Program-made: the position numbers and the translations under genes
Notes under the pieces: model-generated
Database searches by the model: none
Told to the model about the DNA's origin: nothing
Seen by the model: the letters and a program-made list of their open reading frames with translations, nothing else
NCBI GenBank assembly: GCA_963776345.1
Contig: CAVZMH010000016.1
Span: 448,001-512,000, forward strand
Reading direction: 5' to 3'
Origin: an uncultured delta proteobacterium
GTDB taxonomy: Bacteria > Myxococcota > Myxococcia > Myxococcales > Myxococcaceae
DNA length: 64,000 nt
Part shown: positions 28,125 to 37,778 of the stretch, piece after piece
Position numbering within the stretch: the first letter of the stretch is position 1
Layout of the letters: every line of letters starts with the position of its first letter

Positions 28125-29645
28125 ATGACGGACCGGCGATTGCTCCTGGATGGCGACACGCTGAGCCTGGAGGAGATCCGCGACGTGGCCCGCGGTGACT
28201 GCCACGTTGCGCTCGCGCCCGAGGCCCTGGCTCGGGTGGAGCGGGCCCGGGCCCTGGTGGACCGGGTCGCCGCAGGCGAGGCCCCCGCCTACGGCATCAA
28301 CACCGGCTTCGGCACCCTGGCCGAGGTGCGCATCGACCGGAAGGATCTCCGCACCCTCCAGCGAAACCTCCTCCTGTCCCACGCGGCGGGGGTGGGGACG
28401 CCGCTGCCCATCCCCGAGGCGCGGGCGCTGCTCCTCCTCCGCTGCAACGTGCTCGCCAAGGGGCACTCCGGCATCCGGTCCCGCACGCTCCAGCTTGCGC
28501 TCGACATGCTGAACCGCGGCGTCATCCCGGTCGTCCCCGAGCGCGGCAGCGTGGGAGCCTCCGGAGATCTCGCGCCGCTCGCCCACCTGGCGCTGGTGCT
28601 CATCGGCGAGGGCGAGGCGTTCCTCGGCGGCGAGCGTCTCCCCGGACGCGCCGCGCTCGCCCGCGCCGGGCTGGAGCCGGTGGTGCTGGAGGCCAAGGAG
28701 GGCCTCGCCCTGGTGAACGGGACCCAGGCGATGTGCGCCGTCGGCGCCCTGGCGCTGCTCCGGAGCGAGGCGCTGGCCGAGACCGCGGACCTCGCCGGGG
28801 CCATGACCCTCGAGGGCCTGCTGGGGAGCCACCGCCCGTTCCTTGCGCCCATCCACGCCGTGCGGCCCCACCCGGGCCAGGTGGCGGTCGCCGACCATCT
28901 CCGGACGCTGCTCCGGGACTCGGAGATCGTCGAGAGCCACGCGGACTGCTCCAAGGTCCAGGACCCCTACTCGCTGCGCTGTATGCCCCAGGTGCACGGG
29001 GCCGTCCGCGACGGGCTCCAGCACGCCCGGAGGGTCCTCTCCATCGAGGTGAACTCGGCCACCGACAACCCGCTGGTCTTCCCCGGCGAGGACCTCATCG
29101 TCTCCGGGGGCAACTTCCACGGCCAGCCGGTCTCGCTGGCCCTGGACGTGCTGGCCATCGCCTGCACCCAGCTCGCCGCCATCAGCGAGCGGCGGGTGGA
29201 GCAGCTGGTCAACCCGGCGCTGAGCGGGCTCCCGCCCTTCCTGGCGAAGAACTCGGGTCTCAACTCCGGGTTCATGATCGCCCAGGTCACCTCGGCTGCG
29301 CTGGTCGCCGAGTCGCGCGTGCTGAGCCACCCGGCCTCGGTCGACTCCATCCCCTCCTCGGCCGGACGCGAGGACCACGTGAGCATGGGGATGACCGCCG
29401 CCCTCAAGGCCCGCCAGGTGGTGGACTTCACCCGGAGCTGCCTCGCGGTGGAGGTGCTGGTCGCCGCGCAGGCGCTGGACTTCCGCAAGCCGCTGCGCGC
29501 CGGACGGGGCGTGGCCGCGGCCCACGCCAGGGTCCGCGAGGTCGTCCCGTCCATGGAGGAGGACCGGGAGATCCACCGCGACATCGAGGCGGTCTCGGCG
29601 CTCATCGACTCGGGGGCGCTCCTGGCCGCGGCCCACGCCGCATGA
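28125..29645 (+). CDS. hutH: Histidine ammonia-lyase
   Basis: [17 protein letters not shown] (MIO), [14 protein letters not shown] and EDHVSMG. Confidence 0.96.
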   Translation: MTDRRLLLDGDTLSLEEIRDVARGDCHVALAPEALARVERARALVDRVAAGEAPAYGINTGFGTLAEVRIDRKDLRTLQRNLLLSHAAGVGTPLPIPEARALLLLRCNVLAKGHSGIRSRTLQLALDMLNRGVIPVVPERGSVGASGDLAPLAHLALVLIGEGEAFLGGERLPGRAALARAGLEPVVLEAKEGLALVNGTQAMCAVGALALLRSEALAETADLAGAMTLEGLLGSHRPFLAPIHAVRPHPGQVAVADHLRTLLRDSEIVESHADCSKVQDPYSLRCMPQVHGAVRDGLQHARRVLSIEVNSATDNPLVFPGEDLIVSGGNFHGQPVSLALDVLAIACTQLAAISERRVEQLVNPALSGLPPFLAKNSGLNSGFMIAQVTSAALVAESRVLSHPASVDSIPSSAGREDHVSMGMTAALKARQVVDFTRSCLAVEVLVAAQALDFRKPLRAGRGVAAAHARVREVVPSMEEDREIHRDIEAVSALIDSGALLAAAHAA

Positions 29646-32600
29646 CCGCTCCTCCCGAGCGCGAGGCGCCGCCCGCGCGACCGACCGGCCCCCCCGAGAG
29701 CGAGGCGCCGGAGGTGCGCGCCCGCATCGCCGCGCTGGAGCGCGAGGCCAGGGCACTGGAACCGGACCCGCGGAGCGCCCGGCTGTACCACGAGCTGGGC
29801 CTGCTCTGGGAACGCCCGCTCGGGAACCTCCGCGCCGCCGCCGCCGCCTTCCAGGCCGCGTACCGCCTCGCGCCCCGGTTCGTGGAGAACCTCCGCTCGG
29901 CGCGGCGCATCTTCTCCGACGTCGGCAACTGGCCGATGGTGCTCCAGCTGCTCGACGCAGAGCTGGCGGCCACCGAGGGCGCCCGGCCCCGCGCTGCGCT
30001 GCTCTTCGAGAAGGCGGAGGTGCTGGCCGACCGGCTCGATCGCTGGGGCGAGGCCACCGAGGTGCTCGCCGCGGCGCTGGAGCTCGAGCCCGCGGACCTC
30101 GGGCTCCTGGTCCAGGCCGAGGGGATGCTCGCCGCGCACGGCGACGTGGCCGGGCTGCTCCGGGTGCAGATCCTCCTCGCCCGGGCGCTCGCCGACCCGC
30201 AGCTCGCGGCCCACGCGCTCCAGACCGCCGCCGCGCTCCACGAGCGGCTCGGGCAGCACCCGGAGGCGCTGGTCCGCTGGCACGAGGCCTTCGCCCTGGA
30301 CCGGAGGGACCCCGTCACCCTTGGCGCGCTCCGCCGGGCCGCCCAGACGGCCGGTGACGACGAGGCGCTGATCGCCGTGCTGGCCGCCGAGGCGGAGCTG
30401 GGCGGCCCGACCTCGGTCCCGGCCTACACCGCGCTCGCCCGCGCCTACGTGCGCCAGGAGCGGCCGGAGGACGCCGTCGCCGCGCTCAACGCCGCCCGCC
30501 ACCAGAACCCGGCCGACTCCGCGGTGCTCACCGCGCTCGCCGCCCTGCACGAGTCGCTCGAGCGACCCGAGGAGCTCGCCGACGTGCTGGCCTCGCTCGC
30601 CGAGTCGGTCCGCGACGAGCGCGAGTGGCTCACCGTGCAGCTGCGGCTCACCTCGCTGCTCGAGGACACCCTCCATCGCGACTCGCAGGCGGTGGAGCGC
30701 TACGAGGCCGTGCTGGCCCGGGTTCCGGGACATCCGGCCGCGCTCGCCGGGCTCGGGCGGCTGCACGCCAAGACCCAGGACTGGCCGGCCCTGGTCGCGG
30801 TGTACGACGCCGAGCTGGCCGGGGTGGGAGACCCGCGGACCCGGGCCGAGCTCCACTTCCGCTCCGCGGAGATCCTCGACGGCCGTCTGCACCGGACGGA
30901 CGAGGCGCTGGCCCGCTTCCGCGAGGCGCTCCAGCTCGTCCCCGGCTATCTCCCCGCGCGGCAGGGCCTGGAGCGGGTGCTGCGGCGCGAGCAGCGCTGG
31001 ACCGAGCTCATCGCCCTCCACGAGGAGGAGCTGCTCTCCATCACCTCCCCGGCGGAGGGAGTGGCCGCGCTGGGCCGCATCGCGCAGGAGGCCGAGGAGC
31101 ACCTCGGGAACCTCGACCTCGCGTCGGACGCGCTCCGGCGGGCGCTGGACCTCGCCTCGGACCACCTCCCGTCGCTGGTCCACCTGGCCCGGCTCGCCGA
31201 GCGGCGCGAGGCCTGGGACGAGCTGGTGCCCCTGCTCGAGCGCCAGGCCGAGCTGTCCTCGGAGCCGGCCCACGCCATCGCCCTGCGGCACCGGGCCGCG
31301 CAGGTCCTCGAGGAGCGCCTCGACGACGTGGGCGCCGCCATCGCCGCGCTCGAGCGGCTCCTCTCCGCCGACCCCACCTACCTCCCCGCGCTCCAGACCC
31401 TCGGCCGGCTCTACGCGCGCGACGGCCGGTGGAAGGAGCTCGGCCAGATGTACCGCCGCGAGGCCACACTGGCAGGGGCCTCGCGGGCAGCGCAGCTCTG
31501 GGCCCGCATCGCCGACCTCGAGGAGTCCCGCCTCCTCGACCTCGACGCCGCCCGCGCCGCCTGGGACGAGGTGCTGCGGCGCGACCCCGATCACGGCGCC
31601 GCGCTCCGGGCCCTCTCGCGCATCCAGCGCGGCCAGGGAGACTGGGCCGGGCTGGTGAGCACCCTCGAGCGGATGGCCCAGGCGCGGACCGACCCGCGCG
31701 CCCGGGCCGACGCGCTGTTCGAGGTCGCCACCCTGCAGCTCGACGCCCTCGCCGACCGCGAGGCGGCCGCGGCGACGCTGGACGCGGTGCTGAGGCTCGC
31801 CCCGGACCACATCCCCGCGCTCCGCGAGCTCGAGGCGCTCGTCGGCCGCGAGCGCGGACCGGGGGCGCTCCAGCCGCTCGAGCGGGCCACGGTGGCCGGG
31901 AGCCCCGGGGAGCGGCTCGCGGCGCGGCTCCGGCTGGCCCACGCGCTCCTCGCCGCCGGTCAGCTCGACCGCTCCGCCGCCGTGGCCGAGTCGGCGCTCG
32001 AGCTCCAGCCGGACGACGTGGGAGCGCTCCTGCTCCTCGAGCACACCCGGGCCGCCGACCGGGCCCGGCGCGCCGAGGTGCGGCAGCGGCTCGCCGCGCG
32101 CGTGCGAGACCCGGGCCTGGCCGCCGCGCTGAAGCTCTCCGCCGAGCTGGAGCAGGGGCGACCGCGCCTCGACGAGCGGCTGGAGCACCTCCGCCGCGCG
32201 TTCGGCGTCGACCCGGAGGACCCGCGCACCGCCTTCCAGCTCGAGCGGGCGCTGCGCCAGGCGGGCGACGCCCAGGGCCTCCGCGAGTTCTACGAGCGCC
32301 GGCTCGCGGTGACCCAAGGCACCGCGGGCCGACTGGAGCTCCACCTGCGTCTCGCCCAGCTCGGCGAGGGTGCGCCGGAGACGCTGCCGCTGGCGCTCGG
32401 CGCGTACCAGGCCGCGCTGGCCCTCGAGCCCGCCGAGCTGGTCGCGCTCCAGGGAATCCGGCGCGTCCGCCTGCGGATGGGCGACACCGAGGCCGCGGCG
32501 CTCGCCTGGGAGACCGAAGCGGCCGCCACCCGGAGCCGCGAGGGCGCCATCGAGGCCTGGCTCGAGGCGGGACGCCTGTGGATGGACGCTCTGCAGAAGC

Positions 32601-34618
32601 CGGAGCGCGCCATCGATGCCTTCGAGCGGGTGCTGGACCTGGACCCGCTGGAGGTCGAGGCCGCCGAGGCCGTGGAGTCGCTCCTGGCGCGTAAGGGCGG
32701 CGCCGCCGAGCTGGCCTCGCTCAACGAGCGCCGCGGGCAGACCCGCCTCGCCTCCGGGGACCGCCCCGGCGCGGCCGAGGAGTTCTTCAAGGCCGCCCAG
32801 ATCTGGCTGGACGGAGTGGGAGACCACGGCCGGGCGCTCGCCGCCCTGGGGCACGCGCTCGACGCCGAGCCCGAGCACGCCGACGCCCTGGAGCTGCGCG
32901 CGGTGTTGGCCGCCGAGCAGGGACGCTGGGCCGAAGCCGCCGAGGCGCTCGAGGGGCGGCTGGGGATCGGCGGCGACGCCGAGACGCTGGCCGCGCTCCA
33001 GCTCCGGCTCGGCATCCTCTACCAGGAGCACCTGGACCAGCCGGCCCGGGCGGTGGCCGCGTTCGCCGCCGCGCTGGCCTCGGTGCGCTCGGCGGAGCCG
33101 CTCGACCGGCTCGCCACCCTGCACCGCGCGTCGCGCAACTGGACCGGCGTGGTGGACTGCCTCCAGCAGCTCCGGGCGATGGAGACACGGCCCGTCGACC
33201 GGGCCCGCACCTCGCTCCGGCTGGCCGAGGCGCTCGACGAGGGCTTCGACGACGCCGAGCGCGCGCTGGCCGAGGCCCGGGAGGCGCTCCCCTTGGTCCT
33301 CGAGGAGCCCGAGGCGATCGATCGCCTGGTCCCGCTGTTCGAGCGCAGGGGACGGATGTCGCTGCTGCTCCAGCTGCTCGACGAGCGCGCCCAGCCCCCC
33401 TGCCCTCCCGCCGCCTCGGCGCGCATCCGGGTCCGGCTCGCGGAGCTTTACCTCCGGTCCTTCGGGGACCTCTCCCGGGCCGTTGCCACCTGCCGCACCG
33501 CCGTGGAGCTCGACCCGGGCAGCGTCGAGGCCCGCGCCGCGCTGGCGGACATGCTGAGCAAGGACCCGGGCTCGGCCGACCTCGCCGTCGGCGCCCACCA
33601 GGCGGTGCTCGCGCTGGACCCCGTCCGGCTCCTCAGCCTGGAGACGCTCTACGAGGTCTGGGACTCGCAGCGGCTGCTCGACCGCACCTTCTGCTGTGCC
33701 GCCGCGATCGCCTTCGTCGAGGCGGGTCCGCCGCGGGCCGTCCACCTGCACCTGGACTGGAGAGGGCGGCTGCCCACCGAGCCGCACGCCCGGGTGGACG
33801 AGGTCTCCCTCGGGCTCCTCCTCCACCCCGACGCGCGGAATCCGCTGACCGGCGTGCTCCGGGCGGTGGGCGATCAGCTGTCGAAGCTGTATCCGCCCGA
33901 CTTCGAGATGCTCGGGGTGGATCCGAGGATGGACCGGCTGAGGCCCGACCATCCGGTCTCGCGGGCGATCCGCCTCGTGGCCGAGAGCTTCGGGGTGGAC
34001 CACTTCGACGTGTACCAGGCGCGCCGGGGGCTGATGATCGCGGAGACCGGCGAGCCGCCGAGCATCTGCGTCGGGCAGGACGTCGTCCGGCGCTTCAACT
34101 CCCGCGAGCAGAAGTTCCTCATTGGCCGCGCGGTGTTCGCGCTGCTGGAGCGGACCGCGCTCGCCGGGAAGCTCCCGGAGCCGGAGCTGGCGAACCTGCT
34201 CGGCGACTGCATCCGGGTGGTGGTCCCCGAGTTCGATGCGCTCGGACACAGGGACGAGGGGCGGATCCGCACCTTGCGCAAGCTCCTGTCGAGGAAGGTG
34301 CTGCGCGCGCTCGAGGAGCCGGCCCGGGAGATCGCCCGGGGACCGGTGCCGGATCTCGGCAAGACCCTGCAGGGGCTGTTCGCCTCCGGGAACCGGGCCG
34401 GGCTGCTGATCTGCGGCGATCCCGCCGTCGCCCTCACCATGGTGCTGCGGGAGGATCCGGCGTTCACCCCGGCGCGGGCCCCGGAGTCGCAAGAGAGCAT
34501 CGTCCGCGCGGTGCGGGAGCGAGCGGACCTCCGGGCCTTGCTGACGTTCTCGGTGTCGGAGGAGCTGTTCACGCTGCGGGAGCGGGTCGGGCCGACCTTG
34601 CCCGAGCGGGCGGTCTGA
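29642..34618 (+). CDS. Giant TPR-repeat protein (~1658 aa)
   Basis: ATG 29642 overlaps the hutH stop (ATGA); continuous TPR-like helical repeats; no signal peptide. Confidence 0.88.
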   Translation: MTAPPEREAPPARPTGPPESEAPEVRARIAALEREARALEPDPRSARLYHELGLLWERPLGNLRAAAAAFQAAYRLAPRFVENLRSARRIFSDVGNWPMVLQLLDAELAATEGARPRAALLFEKAEVLADRLDRWGEATEVLAAALELEPADLGLLVQAEGMLAAHGDVAGLLRVQILLARALADPQLAAHALQTAAALHERLGQHPEALVRWHEAFALDRRDPVTLGALRRAAQTAGDDEALIAVLAAEAELGGPTSVPAYTALARAYVRQERPEDAVAALNAARHQNPADSAVLTALAALHESLERPEELADVLASLAESVRDEREWLTVQLRLTSLLEDTLHRDSQAVERYEAVLARVPGHPAALAGLGRLHAKTQDWPALVAVYDAELAGVGDPRTRAELHFRSAEILDGRLHRTDEALARFREALQLVPGYLPARQGLERVLRREQRWTELIALHEEELLSITSPAEGVAALGRIAQEAEEHLGNLDLASDALRRALDLASDHLPSLVHLARLAERREAWDELVPLLERQAELSSEPAHAIALRHRAAQVLEERLDDVGAAIAALERLLSADPTYLPALQTLGRLYARDGRWKELGQMYRREATLAGASRAAQLWARIADLEESRLLDLDAARAAWDEVLRRDPDHGAALRALSRIQRGQGDWAGLVSTLERMAQARTDPRARADALFEVATLQLDALADREAAAATLDAVLRLAPDHIPALRELEALVGRERGPGALQPLERATVAGSPGERLAARLRLAHALLAAGQLDRSAAVAESALELQPDDVGALLLLEHTRAADRARRAEVRQRLAARVRDPGLAAALKLSAELEQGRPRLDERLEHLRRAFGVDPEDPRTAFQLERALRQAGDAQGLREFYERRLAVTQGTAGRLELHLRLAQLGEGAPETLPLALGAYQAALALEPAELVALQGIRRVRLRMGDTEAAALAWETEAAATRSREGAIEAWLEAGRLWMDALQKPERAIDAFERVLDLDPLEVEAAEAVESLLARKGGAAELASLNERRGQTRLASGDRPGAAEEFFKAAQIWLDGVGDHGRALAALGHALDAEPEHADALELRAVLAAEQGRWAEAAEALEGRLGIGGDAETLAALQLRLGILYQEHLDQPARAVAAFAAALASVRSAEPLDRLATLHRASRNWTGVVDCLQQLRAMETRPVDRARTSLRLAEALDEGFDDAERALAEAREALPLVLEEPEAIDRLVPLFERRGRMSLLLQLLDERAQPPCPPAASARIRVRLAELYLRSFGDLSRAVATCRTAVELDPGSVEARAALADMLSKDPGSADLAVGAHQAVLALDPVRLLSLETLYEVWDSQRLLDRTFCCAAAIAFVEAGPPRAVHLHLDWRGRLPTEPHARVDEVSLGLLLHPDARNPLTGVLRAVGDQLSKLYPPDFEMLGVDPRMDRLRPDHPVSRAIRLVAESFGVDHFDVYQARRGLMIAETGEPPSICVGQDVVRRFNSREQKFLIGRAVFALLERTALAGKLPEPELANLLGDCIRVVVPEFDALGHRDEGRIRTLRKLLSRKVLRALEEPAREIARGPVPDLGKTLQGLFASGNRAGLLICGDPAVALTMVLREDPAFTPARAPESQESIVRAVRERADLRALLTFSVSEELFTLRERVGPTLPERAV

Positions 34619-34699
34619 AGCGGGCCGGCCGGGTGATGAGGTACTCGCGCATGTCGTTCGAGCCCGCGCGGCTCGGTGGAAGACTCCCGGAACCGGACG

Positions 34700-35434
34700 C
34701 TATTCGATCCGGAGCACCGTGCCCTCGGGCAGCTCGCTCCGGAGCCGCGCCACCACCGCCTCCACCCGCTCGGGCTCGGCGCCCTCCACTGTCACCCGCA
34801 CACGGTGGTCGGCGCCGGAGGTCACCGCCGGGTAGCTGCCGATGCCCACGTCCGGCATCCCCAGCGCCACCCGGTCGAGCGTGGCCGCGATCTCCGCCTC
34901 CCCCTGCGACAGGTACAGCGACCGGACGTGCACCGCGGCCTTCGGCAGCGACGAGAGCACCGTCTCCAGCTGCATCTTGAACAGCGACGGCACGCCGGGG
35001 AGCAGGAACATCCCGTCGCAGGAGAGGACCGGGTACACCGATCCCTCGGGGAGCAGCAGCTCCGTTCCCTCCGGCGCCTCGGCCAGGCGGAGCGCCTCGG
35101 CCGGCAGGGAGCCGGAGTGACCGCGGGAGAGCAGCTCGACGATCCTCGGCAGCCGCACCACCTCGCGGCCCAGCGCCAGCGCCACTGCACGCACGGTCAC
35201 GTCGTCGTGCGTCGGGCCGATGCCCCCGCTGGTGATCACCCACCGCGCCACCGCACGGGCGTTCACCACCGCATCGACGATCGACTCGATCTCGTCCGGC
35301 ACCACGTGGATCGCCCGGAGCGGGATGCCGTGCTCCCGGAGCCGCCTCACGAGGTGCGGCCCGTTCGCGTCCTCCACCTTCGCCGAGAGGACCTCGTTGC
35401 CGATGACGATCGCCGCTGCGCCGGTGCGTCCCAT
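34700..35434 (-). CDS. CinA-like molybdopterin-binding domain protein
   Basis: IGNEVL, SGGIGPTHDDVT, LPGVP and IGSYP motifs. Confidence 0.9.
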   Translation of the reverse strand: MGRTGAAAIVIGNEVLSAKVEDANGPHLVRRLREHGIPLRAIHVVPDEIESIVDAVVNARAVARWVITSGGIGPTHDDVTVRAVALALGREVVRLPRIVELLSRGHSGSLPAEALRLAEAPEGTELLLPEGSVYPVLSCDGMFLLPGVPSLFKMQLETVLSSLPKAAVHVRSLYLSQGEAEIAATLDRVALGMPDVGIGSYPAVTSGADHRVRVTVEGAEPERVEAVVARLRSELPEGTVLRIE

Positions 35435-35447
35435 CCGGCGGAGGACT

Positions 35448-36077
35448 CTACTTCCGTCGGCGCCGGGACAGCAGGCCCCGGGTCCGGGTGATGATCTCCC
35501 GGGCGACCTCGTCCGGCGTCCTCCGGCCATCCACCCGCACCACGCGCTGCGCCCGGGCGTGCTTCTCGACCACCCGCCCGTACGCCCGGGCCACCGCCCG
35601 CTGGACGTCGTCCGCGTCGAACAGCTCCTTCGCCCCACCCCGCCCGTGGCGCCGCTTCGCCGCCGTCCGGGGATCCACCTCCAGGTAGAACGTGAGGTCC
35701 GCCGGCCGCGCCGCCGCGTTCACCGCCTCCACCCAGGCCAGCGGAAGCCGCATCCCCTGGTACGCCAGCGACGACAAGACATAGCGGTCGGAGACCACCA
35801 CCTTGCCCTCCGCCAGCGCCGGCTCCACCACCGACGCGAGGTGGTCCAGCCGGTCCGCCGCGAAGAGCAGCGCCAGCACCAGGTCGGAGAGCCCCACCAG
35901 CCTCCGGGTCAGCGCCTGGCGCAGGACCACGCCGATCGGCCCGTCCGACGGCTCGCGGGTGCTCACCACCGCGACCCCGGCCTCGCTCAGCGCCGCCGCC
36001 AGCCGCGCCGCCTGCGTCGTGGTCCCGGAGCCGTCGATGCCCTCGAGGACGATGAACCGACCGCCCCCGGCGCTCAT
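35448..36077 (-). CDS. tmk: Thymidylate kinase
   Basis: LEGIDGSGTTTQ, TREP, LFAADR and SDRY...AYQG. Confidence 0.94.
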   Translation of the reverse strand: MSAGGGRFIVLEGIDGSGTTTQAARLAAALSEAGVAVVSTREPSDGPIGVVLRQALTRRLVGLSDLVLALLFAADRLDHLASVVEPALAEGKVVVSDRYVLSSLAYQGMRLPLAWVEAVNAAARPADLTFYLEVDPRTAAKRRHGRGGAKELFDADDVQRAVARAYGRVVEKHARAQRVVRVDGRRTPDEVAREIITRTRGLLSRRRRK

Positions 36078-36430
36078 CGGGGCAGCAGCGCCTGAGGATC
36101 GTCCAGGTGGAGCGCCCGGTGCACCGCCTGCAACGAGGCGAACAGCTCCAGCTCCCGCCGGTGGTGGGCCAGCCCGCGCCGGTACTGGACCCAGGCGTAC
36201 ACCAACAGCGCGCTCGCCAGCAGCACCGCCACCGCGCCCAGCACCGGGAAACGGATCGAGTCCCAGAAGAGCTTCGCCGCCGCCGCGGCAAAGACGGACG
36301 AGGCCACCAGCGCCAGGCCGGCGCGCGCGAAGTGGGTCGTGCTCTGCCGCACGGCCAGCTGGGCCTGGAGCCCGGGCAGCCGCGCACGGGCCGCCTCGGG
36401 TGTCAGCTCGGTCGAAGGTTCGGTCTGCAA
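36074..36430 (-). CDS. Hypothetical two-TM membrane protein
   Basis: Two hydrophobic helices; stop overlaps the tmk start. Confidence 0.7.
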   Translation of the reverse strand: MQTEPSTELTPEAARARLPGLQAQLAVRQSTTHFARAGLALVASSVFAAAAAKLFWDSIRFPVLGAVAVLLASALLVYAWVQYRRGLAHHRRELELFASLQAVHRALHLDDPQALLPR

Positions 36431-36553
36431 GCGGGGGCGGACCCTACGGCAGCCGGGCCCGAAATGGCTAGCTGGACGCGGCCGCCCTGACCTCGCCGAC
36501 GATAGCCGGCCTGACGACGCCTCGACCTGGACCTCGACTGCGGCCGCCCTGAC

Positions 36554-37102
36554 CTAGGGCTCGCCGGTCGGCAGCAACGCCCCGCAGGCGCCGCACCGCT
36601 CCATCGAGGGCGGGCTGCGCTCTCCGCAGCGCTTGCACACCCGGAGCTCGGTCGGCTCCGCCGCCGCGGCCGCCGTCGGAGTCGCCCAGGGCAGCCGCAT
36701 CCCGCATCGGTCGCAGAACAGCCCCGAGGCCTGCACGTTGCGGCAGTAGCGGCAGGTGGCGACCGTCGGCGCCACCGCCGGCGGTCCCTCGGAGGCGGCC
36801 CGCCCGGCGTCCAGGTCCGGGAGGCCGCCGGCATGCACGTCGGGACCGAGGTCGGCGTGCGTCACCTCCCAGCCCGGCAGCGGCTCGGCGGGAACCTCCG
36901 GAACCGCGCTGCTGGCCGTCGGCTCGAGGTCCGGCGCCGGATCGATCGCCAGCCCGGGCCCGTCGGCGGGCAGCTGCGTCCGCTCGAGCCCCTCCAGCGG
37001 CGCGGTCGCGGTGGCGACCGCCGGAGGGGGGCCGACCTGCTTCCCACACACCTCGCAGCTCCAGCCGGTGAGCGGTGAATCGCAGACGGGACAGGGGCGC
37101 AC
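36554..37102 (-). CDS. Multi zinc-ribbon protein
   Basis: Six CxxC motifs in three pairs separated by acidic/Pro linkers. Confidence 0.75.
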   Translation of the reverse strand: MRPCPVCDSPLTGWSCEVCGKQVGPPPAVATATAPLEGLERTQLPADGPGLAIDPAPDLEPTASSAVPEVPAEPLPGWEVTHADLGPDVHAGGLPDLDAGRAASEGPPAVAPTVATCRYCRNVQASGLFCDRCGMRLPWATPTAAAAAEPTELRVCKRCGERSPPSMERCGACGALLPTGEP

Positions 37103-37113
37103 GCGTCTCGACC

Positions 37114-37743
37114 TCAGCTCGGGAGAGGGGCAGGGGTCATCGGGACGAACCGGACCGAGAGCAGCCGCTCACTCGCCAGCTCGCCGTCCTCGCGCTTCCG
37201 CAGCCGGACCAGCTCCTGGCCGTCGAGCTGCCCTCCGATGGGCCCCACGAGGCGGCCCCCGGGCGCGAGCTGCTCCACGAGCGTCTCGGGAATCCGCTCG
37301 GGGGCCGCGGTGAGCACGATGGCGTCGAACGGCGCCGCCTCGGGCCAGCCGGCGAACCCATCGCCCACCCGGAGGTGGAGGCGGGCCCCGGCGAAGGGCT
37401 GGAGGTGCTCGGACGCGCTCCGGGCCAGGGCCTCGCGCACCTCGACGCTGTACACGTCCGCCCCGAGCAGGTGCAGCACCGCCGCCTGGTACCCGGACCC
37501 GGTGCCGATCTCCAGCACCCGGTCGCCGGGCTGGACCTCGAGCGCCTCGGACATCAGCGCCACCACGAACGGCTGGCTGATGGTCTGCGACTCGCCGATC
37601 GGCAGGGCCTCGTCCTGGGAGGCGAGGAACCGGAGCCGTCCGGGCACGAAGTCCGCGCGCGACAGGAGGGTCATCGCGGCGAGCACCCGCTCGTCCCGGA
37701 TGCCCTGACGGCGCAGGGCGACGATGAGGTGGGGATCCTCCAT
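37114..37743 (-). CDS. pcm: Protein-L-isoaspartate O-methyltransferase
   Basis: QTISQP, VLEIGTGSGYQAA, APFDAI and VRFVPM. Confidence 0.94.
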   Translation of the reverse strand: MEDPHLIVALRRQGIRDERVLAAMTLLSRADFVPGRLRFLASQDEALPIGESQTISQPFVVALMSEALEVQPGDRVLEIGTGSGYQAAVLHLLGADVYSVEVREALARSASEHLQPFAGARLHLRVGDGFAGWPEAAPFDAIVLTAAPERIPETLVEQLAPGGRLVGPIGGQLDGQELVRLRKREDGELASERLLSVRFVPMTPAPLPS

Positions 37744-37778
37744 TCCACGCGGAACGTAAAACGGCGGCGCCGACCTGG

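Noticed and set aside
28733..34618. 1961-aa plus ORF and 1841-aa minus ORF
   Set aside because: The plus ORF is over-extended into hutH (real start 29642). The minus ORF is an antisense shadow.
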